From assembly GCA_002683825.1 (NCBI GenBank), contig NYUD01000011.1:127854-191853 (forward strand): a DNA stretch of 64,000 nucleotides, in the 5' to 3' direction. The DNA comes from Planctomycetota bacterium (GTDB taxonomy: Bacteria > Planctomycetota > UBA1135 > GCA-002686595). This document shows positions 20,194 to 30,079 of this stretch, in pieces (within the stretch, counting starts at the first letter, position 1; every line of letters starts with the position of its first letter). The position numbers were made by a program, and so were the translations under genes. The notes under the pieces were generated by a model. The model made no database searches. It worked only from the letters and a program-made list of their open reading frames with translations, and was not told where the DNA came from.

Positions 20194-20329
20194 CCGCAGG
20201 CCCCACAGGACGGGGTCGGGAAAGAATTGCCGGATGGAGGGGGTCGCGCTCGGGCAAAAAACCGGACCTTATCCAACGCTGTAACTCCTTTATTTATACG
20301 CAATAACGTCGATTTGAAGCACGCAATAG

Positions 20330-20360
20330 CGGGTTTCCGAAAGCCCGATTTGCATTTTGC
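20330..20360 (+). terminator. Candidate intrinsic terminator downstream of kdsA
   Basis: Hairpin CGGGTTT-CCGA-AAAGCCCG (7 bp including one G-T pair, tetraloop) followed by the T-rich ATTTGCATTTTGC. It lies ~140 nt after the kdsA stop. Confidence 0.35.
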
Positions 20361-20377
20361 GATTTCGAAGGTATGTT
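20350..20377 (+). promoter_or_regulatory. Candidate sigma70-type promoter (TTGCAT-N16-TATGTT) in an AT-rich patch
   Basis: Read directly. Lines 20281-20400 are 54/120 GC (45%) against 40/60 (67%) in the kdsA line at 20041-20100. Confidence 0.25.
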
Positions 20378-20384
20378 TCCCCAG

Positions 20385-21013
20385 CTCCCTACGATGACAC
20401 GACAGGGGCAAACCGGTCGCAAGGCCGGGACGCAAAGCCACGGGCCCCCCTGGGGAAGCCGAGCTACCGAATGTCGTCGACCCTACAGGGCGTCATCCGA
20501 CGGGGCGACATGGGTTCCAAACCCGGCTCGGACCGAGCCACCTTTCGCTTTCAAGAGCCCTGCGGGGCCCGGGGCGGGGGGTGACCTCGCCGCGGTCGGC
20601 GGAGGGGCTCGAGCGAACGCGAATCAACATGTCGAACTGGCTCCAAATAGGGACAACCCGCAGGTGGGATCGTCCGAATCTTCGCGACCAGCGACGCAAG
20701 TCCCGCGTTCGCCCCTTCCAAGCCACAGCCGCCTACGCCACGCTGCGGACTGTTAGAATTCCTGAGTGTACGGTGGGCCCAGTGGGGACCGGGTTCCACC
20801 GTATTCGAGGGAGGAGATGCGAGGTCGAATTGCAGATGGGGACCTGCTCATTCGACCACTATTCCACCCATGCTCTTACTGGGGAAGAAGAGCAATACGG
20901 TTTCAATCCACCGGGGAGACCCGAGAGATGAGGATCGTTGACCCGCTTGCGGGTCCGTAGGGTGGAATATCTACGGGGGCACGGAGCCACGCTTCGTGCC
21001 CCCGTTCTTTTTT
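20385..21013 (+). ncRNA. Candidate structured non-coding RNA of unknown class (boundaries approximate)
   Basis: No credible ORF in the 820-bp gap. Several perfect helices: 20823-30/20850-57, 20860-69/20960-69, 20940-46/20949-55, 20798-805/20894-901. It ends in a canonical plus-strand terminator. Confidence 0.3.
20975..21013 (+). terminator. Rho-independent terminator (plus orientation; may also serve the convergent sigma gene)
   Basis: GGGGGCACG-(11-nt loop)-CGTGCCCCC followed by GTTCTTTTTT. The T-tract abuts the TAG (21015-21017) of the minus-strand sigma gene. Confidence 0.7.
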
Positions 21014-21014
21014 C

Positions 21015-21794
21015 CTACGCGTGAAAGCGAACCTTCAATCGCTCGAGCAAGCGCGTGTGGATCTTGTACACACGCGACTCCGACAGTTGTGTCAGGTCCC
21101 CGATCTCGCGCATCGAGAGTTCCTCCCAGTAGCGCAAGTAGACGATTCGGGACTCCAGCTCGGTCATCTTCTGGGACATCAACCCCAGCAACTCCGAACG
21201 CGTCAAGTTCTCCCCAGGTGAACAGCTGCGGGGGTCCGCCACCACATCGAGGGTCAGCGGCTCATCCCGGCGCGCCGCCGTCGTATTCGCCGGTCCGCCG
21301 GGCAGTCCTACCCCGAAGAGCAGTTCGTACTCGTCGACCGCCAGGCCCATCGCCAGGGCGACCTCTCCGTCGAGGGGTTCGCGCTCCAGGTCGGCGCGCA
21401 GCCTCTCGAGCGTGCGTTTCTTCTCCTCGACACGCTGGCGCCAGGGGCGCGGCAGCCAATCCTGGCTCCGCAGCTCGTCCAGGACCGCACCGCGGATGCG
21501 CATCTCCGCATACGTCTGGAAGCGGACGCGGCGTCCCGGGTCATAGCTCGCAATCGCCCCCATGAGGCCCACGTTGGCCGCCGTGACCAGGTCCCCGCGG
21601 TCGACGAAGCGGGGTAGGCGGGCAGAAAAACCCGCCACGGCGCCGCGAACGAGGCGCTGGTATTCCTCGACGAGGAGATTACGCACCTCGTCCGTGGGTG
21701 AGTCCCAAAAGGACTGCCAAAGCGCCTCGGTCCTCGAGAAGACCGGTGCCGACCTCCCTTTTGGAACCTCGCCTGCTAGGACTCGCGTTCTCAT
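21015..21794 (-). CDS. fliA: FliA/WhiG-family (sigma-28 type) RNA polymerase sigma factor
   Basis: From the ATG at 21794 (GAGGGA upstream): ...VEEYQRLVRGAVAGFSARLPRFVDRGDLVTAANVGLMGAIASYDPGRRVRFQTYAEMRIRGAVLDELRSQDWLPRPWR...ELSMREIGDLTQLSESRVYKIHTRLLERL: regions 2, 3 and 4. The track ORF extends artefactually to 22160. Confidence 0.85.
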   Translation of the reverse strand: MRTRVLAGEVPKGRSAPVFSRTEALWQSFWDSPTDEVRNLLVEEYQRLVRGAVAGFSARLPRFVDRGDLVTAANVGLMGAIASYDPGRRVRFQTYAEMRIRGAVLDELRSQDWLPRPWRQRVEEKKRTLERLRADLEREPLDGEVALAMGLAVDEYELLFGVGLPGGPANTTAARRDEPLTLDVVADPRSCSPGENLTRSELLGLMSQKMTELESRIVYLRYWEELSMREIGDLTQLSESRVYKIHTRLLERLKVRFHA

Positions 21795-21862
21795 TTTCTT
21801 GTCCCTCAGGAGACCTGACTCGAAGAACAAAACTTCTCGTCGTGACTCCTCAGAGTCGTCTG

Positions 21863-21889
21863 AATCTATAAACCGAGCTCTCGTTTCAA
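21863..21889 (-). promoter_or_regulatory. Candidate promoter for the sigma gene (TTGAAA-N15-TAGATT on the minus strand)
   Basis: Read from the reverse complement of ...aatctataaaccgagctctcgtttcaa... It lies in a lower-GC leader; the line at 21841-21900 is 31/60 GC. Confidence 0.2.
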
Positions 21890-22020
21890 GACCTGTCCCG
21901 TACCTACCCGTGTTTTCTAGTGCAGCGACAAGCTCGAGCGGAAACGAAAAAGCGTTTGTTCGGACGTCTAGCGCCAAGAAAAAGCGAAAGGCCGCTTTTG
22001 ACAGCACGTTAGCTCGGCAC

Positions 22021-22031
22021 AAAAAAAAAAA
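22021..22031 (-). repeat. T11 (A11 on the plus strand) homopolymer between ybeY and the sigma-factor leader
   Basis: Counted directly. It sits 56 nt after the ybeY stop, downstream of an imperfect GC stem. It may be a weak terminator tail or a promoter UP-like element. Confidence 0.9.
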
Positions 22032-22086
22032 CCTAAAACCCCCGGATTCTCCAGTTCGCGTCCCCTTGCAAGGTCGCAAAACGCGC

Positions 22087-22575
22087 TCATGGAGAGGCGT
22101 TGCCCCCTCCGACATCGTCGTGATCGATGTCGTGGGGAAGCCCATCCGGGGGGAAGCCAAGTTCCCCCATCACATGGCGTTCGGCGGTGCGCATGCGCTC
22201 GCGTTCGTCGTCTTCGTGGTCGTCATACCCGCACAGATGCAGGGCGCCGTGCACCACGTAGAGCAGAAGCTCGCGTTCCAGACTCGAGCCTCGCAGCCCG
22301 GCGACCGCCCGGGCGCGGTCGACGCTGATGTACAGCTCCCCCGCGGGGCCGACCGTGTCTTCGCCCAGGTCGAAACTGATCACGTCCGTCTCCGAGGAAT
22401 CCCCAAGGTGCTTGGCGTGCATCTCTGCCAGAACCGGGTCGGTCACAAAGACGACGGAAAGCTCGACCAACGCACGCTCGCCGTGCCTGAGGGCCGCGCG
22501 AACCGCACGCTCGACCGCCCCATCCGCCAGGGGCCTTTCCCCCTCGATGCACCAGGCCACCTCCGTCACGCTCAA
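22087..22575 (-). CDS. ybeY: rRNA maturation endoribonuclease YbeY
   Basis: ...LLLYVVHGALHLCGYDDHEDDE...: the HxxxHxxxxxH zinc motif. 4-nt overlap with phoH. Confidence 0.92.
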   Translation of the reverse strand: MSVTEVAWCIEGERPLADGAVERAVRAALRHGERALVELSVVFVTDPVLAEMHAKHLGDSSETDVISFDLGEDTVGPAGELYISVDRARAVAGLRGSSLERELLLYVVHGALHLCGYDDHEDDERERMRTAERHVMGELGFPPDGLPHDIDHDDVGGGNASP

Positions 22576-23612
22576 CGCGCCGGATTGCGCTCCTCGGCCT
22601 GCCCGACTTCCGAGCTGGATTCATAGGCCCGCACGATTTGCTCGACGAGCGGGTGGCGCACGATGTCCTTGACCGAGAACTCAACGACCCCGATGCCCGC
22701 GTGGCCACGAAGCCGTCGTACGGCGTCGTTCAGGCCGCTTTTTTGGCCCGAATGCAGGTCCGTCTGGGTGGGATCGCCGGTGACGACCATGCACGACCCC
22801 TCGCCGAGGCGGGTCAGGAACATCTTCATCTGGCTAACGCTCGTGTTCTGAGCCTCGTCCAGGAGGACGAAAGCGTTCGCCAGCGTACGACCGCGCATGT
22901 AGGCCAGGGGTGCGATCTCGAGGACGCCGGCTTCCTCGAGTCGAGTGGCTTCTTCGAAACCGATCATCTCGAAGAGTGCGTCGTACACCGGCCGCATGTA
23001 GGGGTTCAGCTTGGCCTGCAGGTCGCCGGGCAAGAACCCCAGGTTCTCACCGGCTTCGACCACGGGACGCGTGATCACCAGGCGCCGGCACGAGCCACTA
23101 CGTAACCGGCGCACGGCCGCGGCCACGGCGATGAAGGTCTTGCCCGTTCCGGCCACGCCGCAACCGAAGGTCAGCGTGTTCTCTTCGATGGAATCGAGGT
23201 AGCGGCGCTGCGAAGCCGAGCGAGGCTCGATCGCGCGCGGTCGAACGGCCAGGCGCGTCTCCCTTCCACGGTGACGGCTCGCGCCGGCTTGGACCGGGCG
23301 TTCGGTCCCTTCAGGAGGGTGGACAAAGGCCGCACGCGACTTCTCCTCGCCTTTCTCGGGAACACCGACGAGGATCTCCTCGATGGTACGCGCGTCCAGC
23401 TCGCGCCCCTTGCGCAGCTTGCCAAGCAGGTGCTCGAGGCGTCGCTGCGCTTCGCCGATGGAGTGATCCTTGCCTTTCAGGCGCAGGTTACCGCCTCGGG
23501 CATAGATCTCGATGTCGAGCGCCTGGCGCAACAACTTCGCGTATCGGTCGTAAGGCCCGAGAACCTGGATGGCCTCTTCGTGCGACCGCAGGGGGATGGT
23601 GATCTCAGTCAA
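22572..23612 (-). CDS. phoH: PhoH-family ATPase (YbeZ-like) with an N-terminal KH-like region
   Basis: ...TFGCGVAGTGKTFIAVAAAV (Walker A)...FVLLDEAQNTS...VVTGDPTQTDL. TTG start. Confidence 0.9.
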   Translation of the reverse strand: MTEITIPLRSHEEAIQVLGPYDRYAKLLRQALDIEIYARGGNLRLKGKDHSIGEAQRRLEHLLGKLRKGRELDARTIEEILVGVPEKGEEKSRAAFVHPPEGTERPVQAGASRHRGRETRLAVRPRAIEPRSASQRRYLDSIEENTLTFGCGVAGTGKTFIAVAAAVRRLRSGSCRRLVITRPVVEAGENLGFLPGDLQAKLNPYMRPVYDALFEMIGFEEATRLEEAGVLEIAPLAYMRGRTLANAFVLLDEAQNTSVSQMKMFLTRLGEGSCMVVTGDPTQTDLHSGQKSGLNDAVRRLRGHAGIGVVEFSVKDIVRHPLVEQIVRAYESSSEVGQAEERNPAR

Positions 23613-23621
23613 GATGGATTC

Positions 23622-23631
23622 CCGTATACGG
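23622..23631. promoter_or_regulatory. 10-bp palindrome CCGTATACGG in the 33-bp cdsA-phoH spacer. The same core occurs in the mreB-gspK spacer.
   Basis: Read directly. The extended minus-strand context GCTCCGACCGTATACGGG resembles GGCTCCGTATACGGG at 30094-30109. Confidence 0.45.
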
Positions 23632-23645
23632 TCGGAGCTTTCGGG

Positions 23646-24506
23646 CTAGACCACAAGGGGCCACAGGAAAACCGCCACAGGGGTCGTGAAAAACAGGCTG
23701 TCCACGACGTCGAGCACGCCTCCGGCAGGTCCGACCCAGGTACTGGAGTCCTTGACCGCCGCGCGACGTTTCACCCAGCTTTCGGCCAGATCACCGGCCT
23801 GGGCGGCCAGGTTGAGGCCCGCGCCCAGGAAAGCCCCCCCCCAGACCGATCCGGGGATCGTCGCGGACGCGGGGAAGGTGAACGGTAGGAGCACGGCGCC
23901 GGCCACGCTGCCGGCCACCAGGGAGGCCACACAGCCCGCCACGGTCTTCCCCGGGGACAGGGAGGGAAACGGCCTGCGCTTGCCGATCTTGCGACCGACG
24001 AAATACCCGAAGATGTCCCCGACCTTGGAGAGCGCGACCAGGACAACGAGCCCGCGCGTCCCGTAACAGACACCGAAAGGCACGAGGGCAAAGAGCGAGG
24101 GCAAGGTCCACAGAGCCAGGCCGAGGCCCCACAGGGCACCGTTGCCCAACTCGCCGTTCTTCGGTCCCACGAACACCGGCGGCAGCGCGCTCGCCAGGGC
24201 GACGACAAGAAGGATCGTGGCGAATGTGAGGGCCGGATGGGCCGCGTCGAGCGCTTCCGGAGTCTCGAACAAACGGTAGCCCACCAGGGCGCTCGACAGG
24301 AGGATCCCCAGAAAGAGCGACGGCCCAACACCCAGAGGCGCCAGGCGGCCCATGCGCCGCAGCTCGAATGCGCAGAGAAGCGAGATCGCCAGCGCACAGA
24401 AGAACGGGACCCAACCCGGGATCGCATGCTCGTCAGCCAAGAGAAGCGCGGTGGCGCCGAGAACCAAGAGAGTGCCGGTCAGCACACGCCGAGCGAGCGA
24501 GTTCAT
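23646..24506 (-). CDS. cdsA: Phosphatidate cytidylyltransferase (CDP-diglyceride synthase)
   Basis: Polytopic membrane protein. ...FGYFVGRKIGKRRPFPSLSPGKTVAG... and the C-terminal SWVKRRAAVKDSSTWVGPAGGVLDVVDS resemble the CdsA signature. Confidence 0.85.
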   Translation of the reverse strand: MNSLARRVLTGTLLVLGATALLLADEHAIPGWVPFFCALAISLLCAFELRRMGRLAPLGVGPSLFLGILLSSALVGYRLFETPEALDAAHPALTFATILLVVALASALPPVFVGPKNGELGNGALWGLGLALWTLPSLFALVPFGVCYGTRGLVVLVALSKVGDIFGYFVGRKIGKRRPFPSLSPGKTVAGCVASLVAGSVAGAVLLPFTFPASATIPGSVWGGAFLGAGLNLAAQAGDLAESWVKRRAAVKDSSTWVGPAGGVLDVVDSLFFTTPVAVFLWPLVV

Positions 24507-25345
24507 CCTAGAGTGAAATCATCTCGAGGCCCTGGACCCATCGCTTCCGTTCGAGCCCCCCCCTTTTCGAGCAGTGCTCCGAACTTCCGTACGCGAGAAG
24601 CGTAGGCACGTATGGCACGCATGAGTTCCTCTTCGCGAAATTCCGGCCAGCACGCATCCGAGACGTACAGCTCGGAATAGGAGACCTGCCACAGGAGGAA
24701 GTTCGAAAGCCGCATCTCGCCCGCCGTGCGGATCAAGAGATCGGGATCGGGGGTCGTCGGATCGTAGAGATAGCTGCGCAGCGTCTCCTCGTCGATCGAG
24801 GCCGGGTCCAGTCGTCCGCTCTTCGCATCGGTGGCGATGTCCCGCACAGCGTCGGCCAGCTCGGCTCGCGAACCGTAGGAGAGCGCCAGACGTAGGAGCA
24901 TTCCCTTGTTGTTGCGCGTCAACTCCTCGGTACTACGCAACTCGTCGAGCGCCGGTTCAGGCAGGTCGTCCAGGCGACCGATGCCCCGCAGCCGCACGTC
25001 GTTTTCCATGAGCGTCCTGCGCTCGCCGACGAGGAAGTGGCGCAGGAGTCGCATGAGGTAACGCACCTCGGGACGCGGTCGCTTCCAGTTCTCGACGGAG
25101 AAGGCGTACAGGGTGAGACTCTTCACACCCATTCGCGCACAGTTGGTCGTCGCCTCGCGCACCGAATCGATCCCGGAACGGTGCCCGAAGATCCGCCGCT
25201 TGCCCCTTTCCTGAGCCCAGCGGCCGTTGCCGTCCATGATGATGGCGATGTGCTCGGGAAAAGCACCCTCGAGCTCCGGGCGTACGATAGCGGAACGGCG
25301 CTTCCGGCCCTGTTCGCGGCCGCTCGTCTTCGCCCCCTGGTTCAT
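24503..25345 (-). CDS. uppS: Undecaprenyl-diphosphate synthase (cis-isoprenyl transferase)
   Basis: ...HIAIIMDGNGRWA...LTLYAFSVENWKRP...LLIRTAGEMRLSNFLLWQ... GGAAGGTGG upstream of the ATG. Confidence 0.93.
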   Translation of the reverse strand: MNQGAKTSGREQGRKRRSAIVRPELEGAFPEHIAIIMDGNGRWAQERGKRRIFGHRSGIDSVREATTNCARMGVKSLTLYAFSVENWKRPRPEVRYLMRLLRHFLVGERRTLMENDVRLRGIGRLDDLPEPALDELRSTEELTRNNKGMLLRLALSYGSRAELADAVRDIATDAKSGRLDPASIDEETLRSYLYDPTTPDPDLLIRTAGEMRLSNFLLWQVSYSELYVSDACWPEFREEELMRAIRAYASRVRKFGALLEKGGARTEAMGPGPRDDFTLG

Positions 25346-25358
25346 CGACCACCTTCCA

Positions 25359-26669
25359 TCAGGTTGCGGCCTCCAGTGCGGTCCTGAGGAAAATCACCTG
25401 ATCCCGTTCCGGTCCGACCGAGAGCAACTCGATCGGCACGCCGACCTTCTCCTCGATCCAGTGCACGTAGTCGCGGGCGGCCTGCGGGAGATCCTTGAAG
25501 TGACGTACGCCGGTGATGTCCTCGCTCCATCCGGGACGTGTTTCCAGGACCGGACTCACGCCGTCCAGGCCGGCCAGATGCCCCGGATAGACGCTGGGCT
25601 CGCGATCGCCGCGCGAGGGATAGTCGTAGCCCGTGCAAACGGGGATCCCATCGAAGCCCGAGAGCACGTCGAGGTTGGTCATCACCCAACCGGTCGCACC
25701 GTTCAGCTCCAGGGCGAAGCGCAGGGCCACGAGGTCGATCCACCCGCAACGTCGTGGGCGACCGGTGGTGGCGCCGTACTCGTTGCCGCGATCGCGCAGG
25801 CATTCGCCCAGCGCACCACTATCTTCGGAGGGAAACGGCCCCTCGCCGACGCGCGTGCAGTACGCCTTGGCGATGCCCTGCACGCGCTCGAGTTTCGTCG
25901 GCGGGAAGCCACCGCCCGATCCGATCGAAGCGATGCCGGTGTTCGATGAGGTGACGAAGGGGTAGGTCCCGTGGTCGAGGTCCAGCATGGCTCCCTGGGC
26001 GCCCTCGAACAGGATCCGCTTGCCCTCCTTGTACGCACTACGCACTTCCTCGCCCGTATCGGCAACGAAGGGCGCCAGGCGCTGGGCGATCGCGGCGTAG
26101 CGATCGAAGACCTCGCCGGGAGCCATCGCTTCCTCACCGTAGACCTTCTCGAAGAGCGCGTTCTTCTCGGCCAGGGCCGCCCGGATGCGCTCTTCAAAAC
26201 GCACGGGCTCGACCAGATCGGCGACCCTCAGACCGGTGCGCGCCGCCTTGTCGGCATAGCACGGCCCGATGCCGCGCCCGGTCGTTCCGATGCGACCGAC
26301 GCCACGCCAGCGCTCGGCGTATCGATCGATGCGCTTGTGGTGTTCGAAGATCACATGGGCACCGGCGGCTACGCGCAACGAATCGGAAGTCACGCTGACC
26401 CCGCGCTCGGCCAGGCCGTCGATCTCGTCGAAGAGAACCAGGGGATCGACGGCTACGCCGTTGCCCACGACGTTGACCGTGCCGGGATGAAGGATGCCTG
26501 AAGGCAGGTGGTGCAGCACGAAGCGCTGCTCCCCCACGACGACGGTGTGACCGGCGTTGGCGCCGCCCTGGCAACGAACCACGATGTCGGCGTCGCGCGC
26601 CAACAGATCGATGATCTTCCCCTTGCCCTCGTCACCCCACTGAGCACCGAAAACGCTGAGAGTGGACAT
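25359..26669 (-). CDS. purA: Adenylosuccinate synthetase
   Basis: Start at MSTLSVFGAQWGDEGKGKIIDLLA (P-loop)...GGANAGHTV...TTGRGIGP... The track ORF extends to 26771. Confidence 0.94.
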   Translation of the reverse strand: MSTLSVFGAQWGDEGKGKIIDLLARDADIVVRCQGGANAGHTVVVGEQRFVLHHLPSGILHPGTVNVVGNGVAVDPLVLFDEIDGLAERGVSVTSDSLRVAAGAHVIFEHHKRIDRYAERWRGVGRIGTTGRGIGPCYADKAARTGLRVADLVEPVRFEERIRAALAEKNALFEKVYGEEAMAPGEVFDRYAAIAQRLAPFVADTGEEVRSAYKEGKRILFEGAQGAMLDLDHGTYPFVTSSNTGIASIGSGGGFPPTKLERVQGIAKAYCTRVGEGPFPSEDSGALGECLRDRGNEYGATTGRPRRCGWIDLVALRFALELNGATGWVMTNLDVLSGFDGIPVCTGYDYPSRGDREPSVYPGHLAGLDGVSPVLETRPGWSEDITGVRHFKDLPQAARDYVHWIEEKVGVPIELLSVGPERDQVIFLRTALEAAT

Positions 26670-26896
26670 GTTGGGAGGGGATAATAGGGTCGAAGCCGGT
26701 GGAAGGGGCAACGGGGGTTGAAGACAGGCGACAGGCGCCGGGGGATTCTCCTCGGCTTGCAAAGTTGGCACAAGCCCGGGGGCGTTCTTCTATCGTTCGC
26801 CCCGAGAACAGGGGGCGCCGGACCCATCGGACCAAGGACCCGGTCCAACCTACCCGCGGATCCATGTCGGCGGGCCTGGAAAAGCGGGTAGGTCGG

Positions 26897-28503
26897 CTAG
26901 GTACGGCCGTAGCCGCCCCCTCCTGGGGTGTCGACGCGCAGAATGGCACCGCTCGCCAGGCGTCCGGACCAGTTGCCTGTGAGTCGCCGTGCACCACCTC
27001 CCGCCGAAGCTTTGAGCCCCAGCGTCCCCGGCTTGCCGGCTCGACCGCCCGCCAGGCCCCAGGGCCCCTTCTTCTGGCGCTGCCCCACGAAGGAGACGTG
27101 GACGGGCTCGAGGAAGAGCAGACGCTTGGTGAGACCGTCCCCGCCGCGGTGGCGCCCGCCCCCACCCGAGGCGCGACGGGCCTCGAGCCCGAGGACGCGC
27201 ACGGGATAGGAGAGTTCGAGCTCTTCGATCGGCGTATTGCGAGTGTTGGTCATGTGCGTCTGCACGAGGTGGGCCCCGGGCCCGGCAGCGGAGGCTCCGG
27301 CACCGCCCGGGCTCGTCTCGTAATAGGCGAAGGGTTCGCGCGCCGACGCGGCCCCCGCCGGCGGCCCGCCGAAGGTGAGGTTGCTCATCGTGCCGGCGCT
27401 CGCGGCGGGAATGCCCGGGGTCAGCTTGGCGAAGGCTCCCAGAAGCACATCGACCAGGCGCTGGCTCGTCTCGACGTTGCCCGCGCTAACCCCCGAGGGG
27501 TAGACCGCATCGACGAGGGTGCCCCTGCGTGTGAGCACCTCGACCGGTCGCAGGATGCCGTCATTGGTCGGCGTGAAGTCGGGCAACAGCGTGCGCAGCA
27601 CGTAGAACACAGCTGAAAGCGTCACAGCCCGGGTCGCATTCAGCGAGCTCTCCGGCGCGGCGTCGGTCGCGCGAAAATCACAGGTCAAACGGTCTTTGGC
27701 CTTCTTCAACTCCACGCGGATCCGGACGGGGTCGCCGGGAGTCTCGAGCTCGTCTTCGAACGCCACCTCCCGGTCGGGCAAAGCACGCAACAACTCGCGC
27801 GTCAAGCGCTCGGTCCAGTCCATCAGCTCGATCGCACGCTGACGCAGCTCCCGGACCCCGTACTCGCGAACCAGATCGGTCAGACGAGTCTCGCCGGTGC
27901 GGTTCGTGGACCACTGGGCCAGGAGGTCGCCCTGGCGCTCGCGGGGCACGCGCATGTTCGCGAGCAGGAGCGCGAGCATTTCTCGATCGACCTCACCGCC
28001 GCGCACCAGACGCACCGGCGGGATACGCAGTCCTTCCCCGTGGACGTCACCCACCGCGGCCATCGAACCGGGCTCGGAGCCGCCGACATCGGCGTGGTGC
28101 GCACGGTTGGCGCAATAGAAGTCGGGGCGCGCGCGCCGCCCCCTCGCCGGCTTCGACACGAAGACCGGGGAAACGAGGGTGATGTCCGGCAGGTGAGTCC
28201 CTCCCGCAAAGGGGTCGTTCAAACACACCGCATCACCCGGCTGCATGTCGATCGCATCGATCGCGGAACGCACGCTCATCGGCGTCGAGCCGAGATGGAT
28301 CGGCAGGTGCGCCGCCTGCCCGATCATGCGCCCTTCGGCATCGAAGAGCGCACACGAGAAGTCCCTGCGTTCGCGAATGTTCGGGGAAAGGCTCGAGCGC
28401 AGCAGCACGGCCCCCATCTCCTCCGCCGCCGCGGCAAAGAGGTGATTGAAGACGTCCAACCGCACCGGATCGGGAGCGTTCCTCCTGGAGCGACGTTTCC
28501 CCA

Positions 28504-28504
<1 letters not shown>
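26897..28504 (-). CDS. hyuB: Hydantoinase B / oxoprolinase-family protein (HyuB); no HyuA partner in this window
   Basis: From MGKRRSRRNAPDPVRLDVFNHLFAAAAEEMGAVLLRSSLSPNIRERRDFSCALFDAEGRMIGQAAHLPIHLGS... The ATG (28504-28502) overlaps the TGA (28506-28504) of the upstream gene. Confidence 0.85.
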
Positions 28505-30039
<1,535 letters not shown>

Positions 30040-30079
30040 CGGCCGGGGAGGGGGACGATTCTATCGGCGCTTTCTTCCG

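Noticed and set aside
20766-20960. 64-aa ORF with GGAGGAG adjacent to an internal ATG (20816), as a possible small protein
   Set aside because: The SD-like element abuts the ATG with no spacer. The peptide has no recognisable features. The same DNA forms several perfect RNA helices, which favours a non-coding interpretation.
20400-20975. Possible tmRNA, RNase P RNA, SRP RNA or tRNA in the long intergenic region
   Set aside because: GGGGCGACATGGGTTCC and ...TCGCCCCTTCCA superficially resemble tmRNA ends. However, there is no T-loop (GTTCRANYC), no CCA-adjacent acceptor pairing of correct geometry and no plausible tag ORF ending in hydrophobic residues. The RNase P hallmarks (GAGGAAAGTCC, GGGTGAAA, ACAGAA) and the SRP GGAAGCAGCC box are absent. 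The region is kept only as an RNA candidate of unknown class.
26740-26765. Sigma-54-like elements (TTGCAAAGTTGGCAC) upstream of purA
   Set aside because: The GG and GC elements are in the wrong order and spacing on both strands relative to TGGCAC-N5-TTGC.
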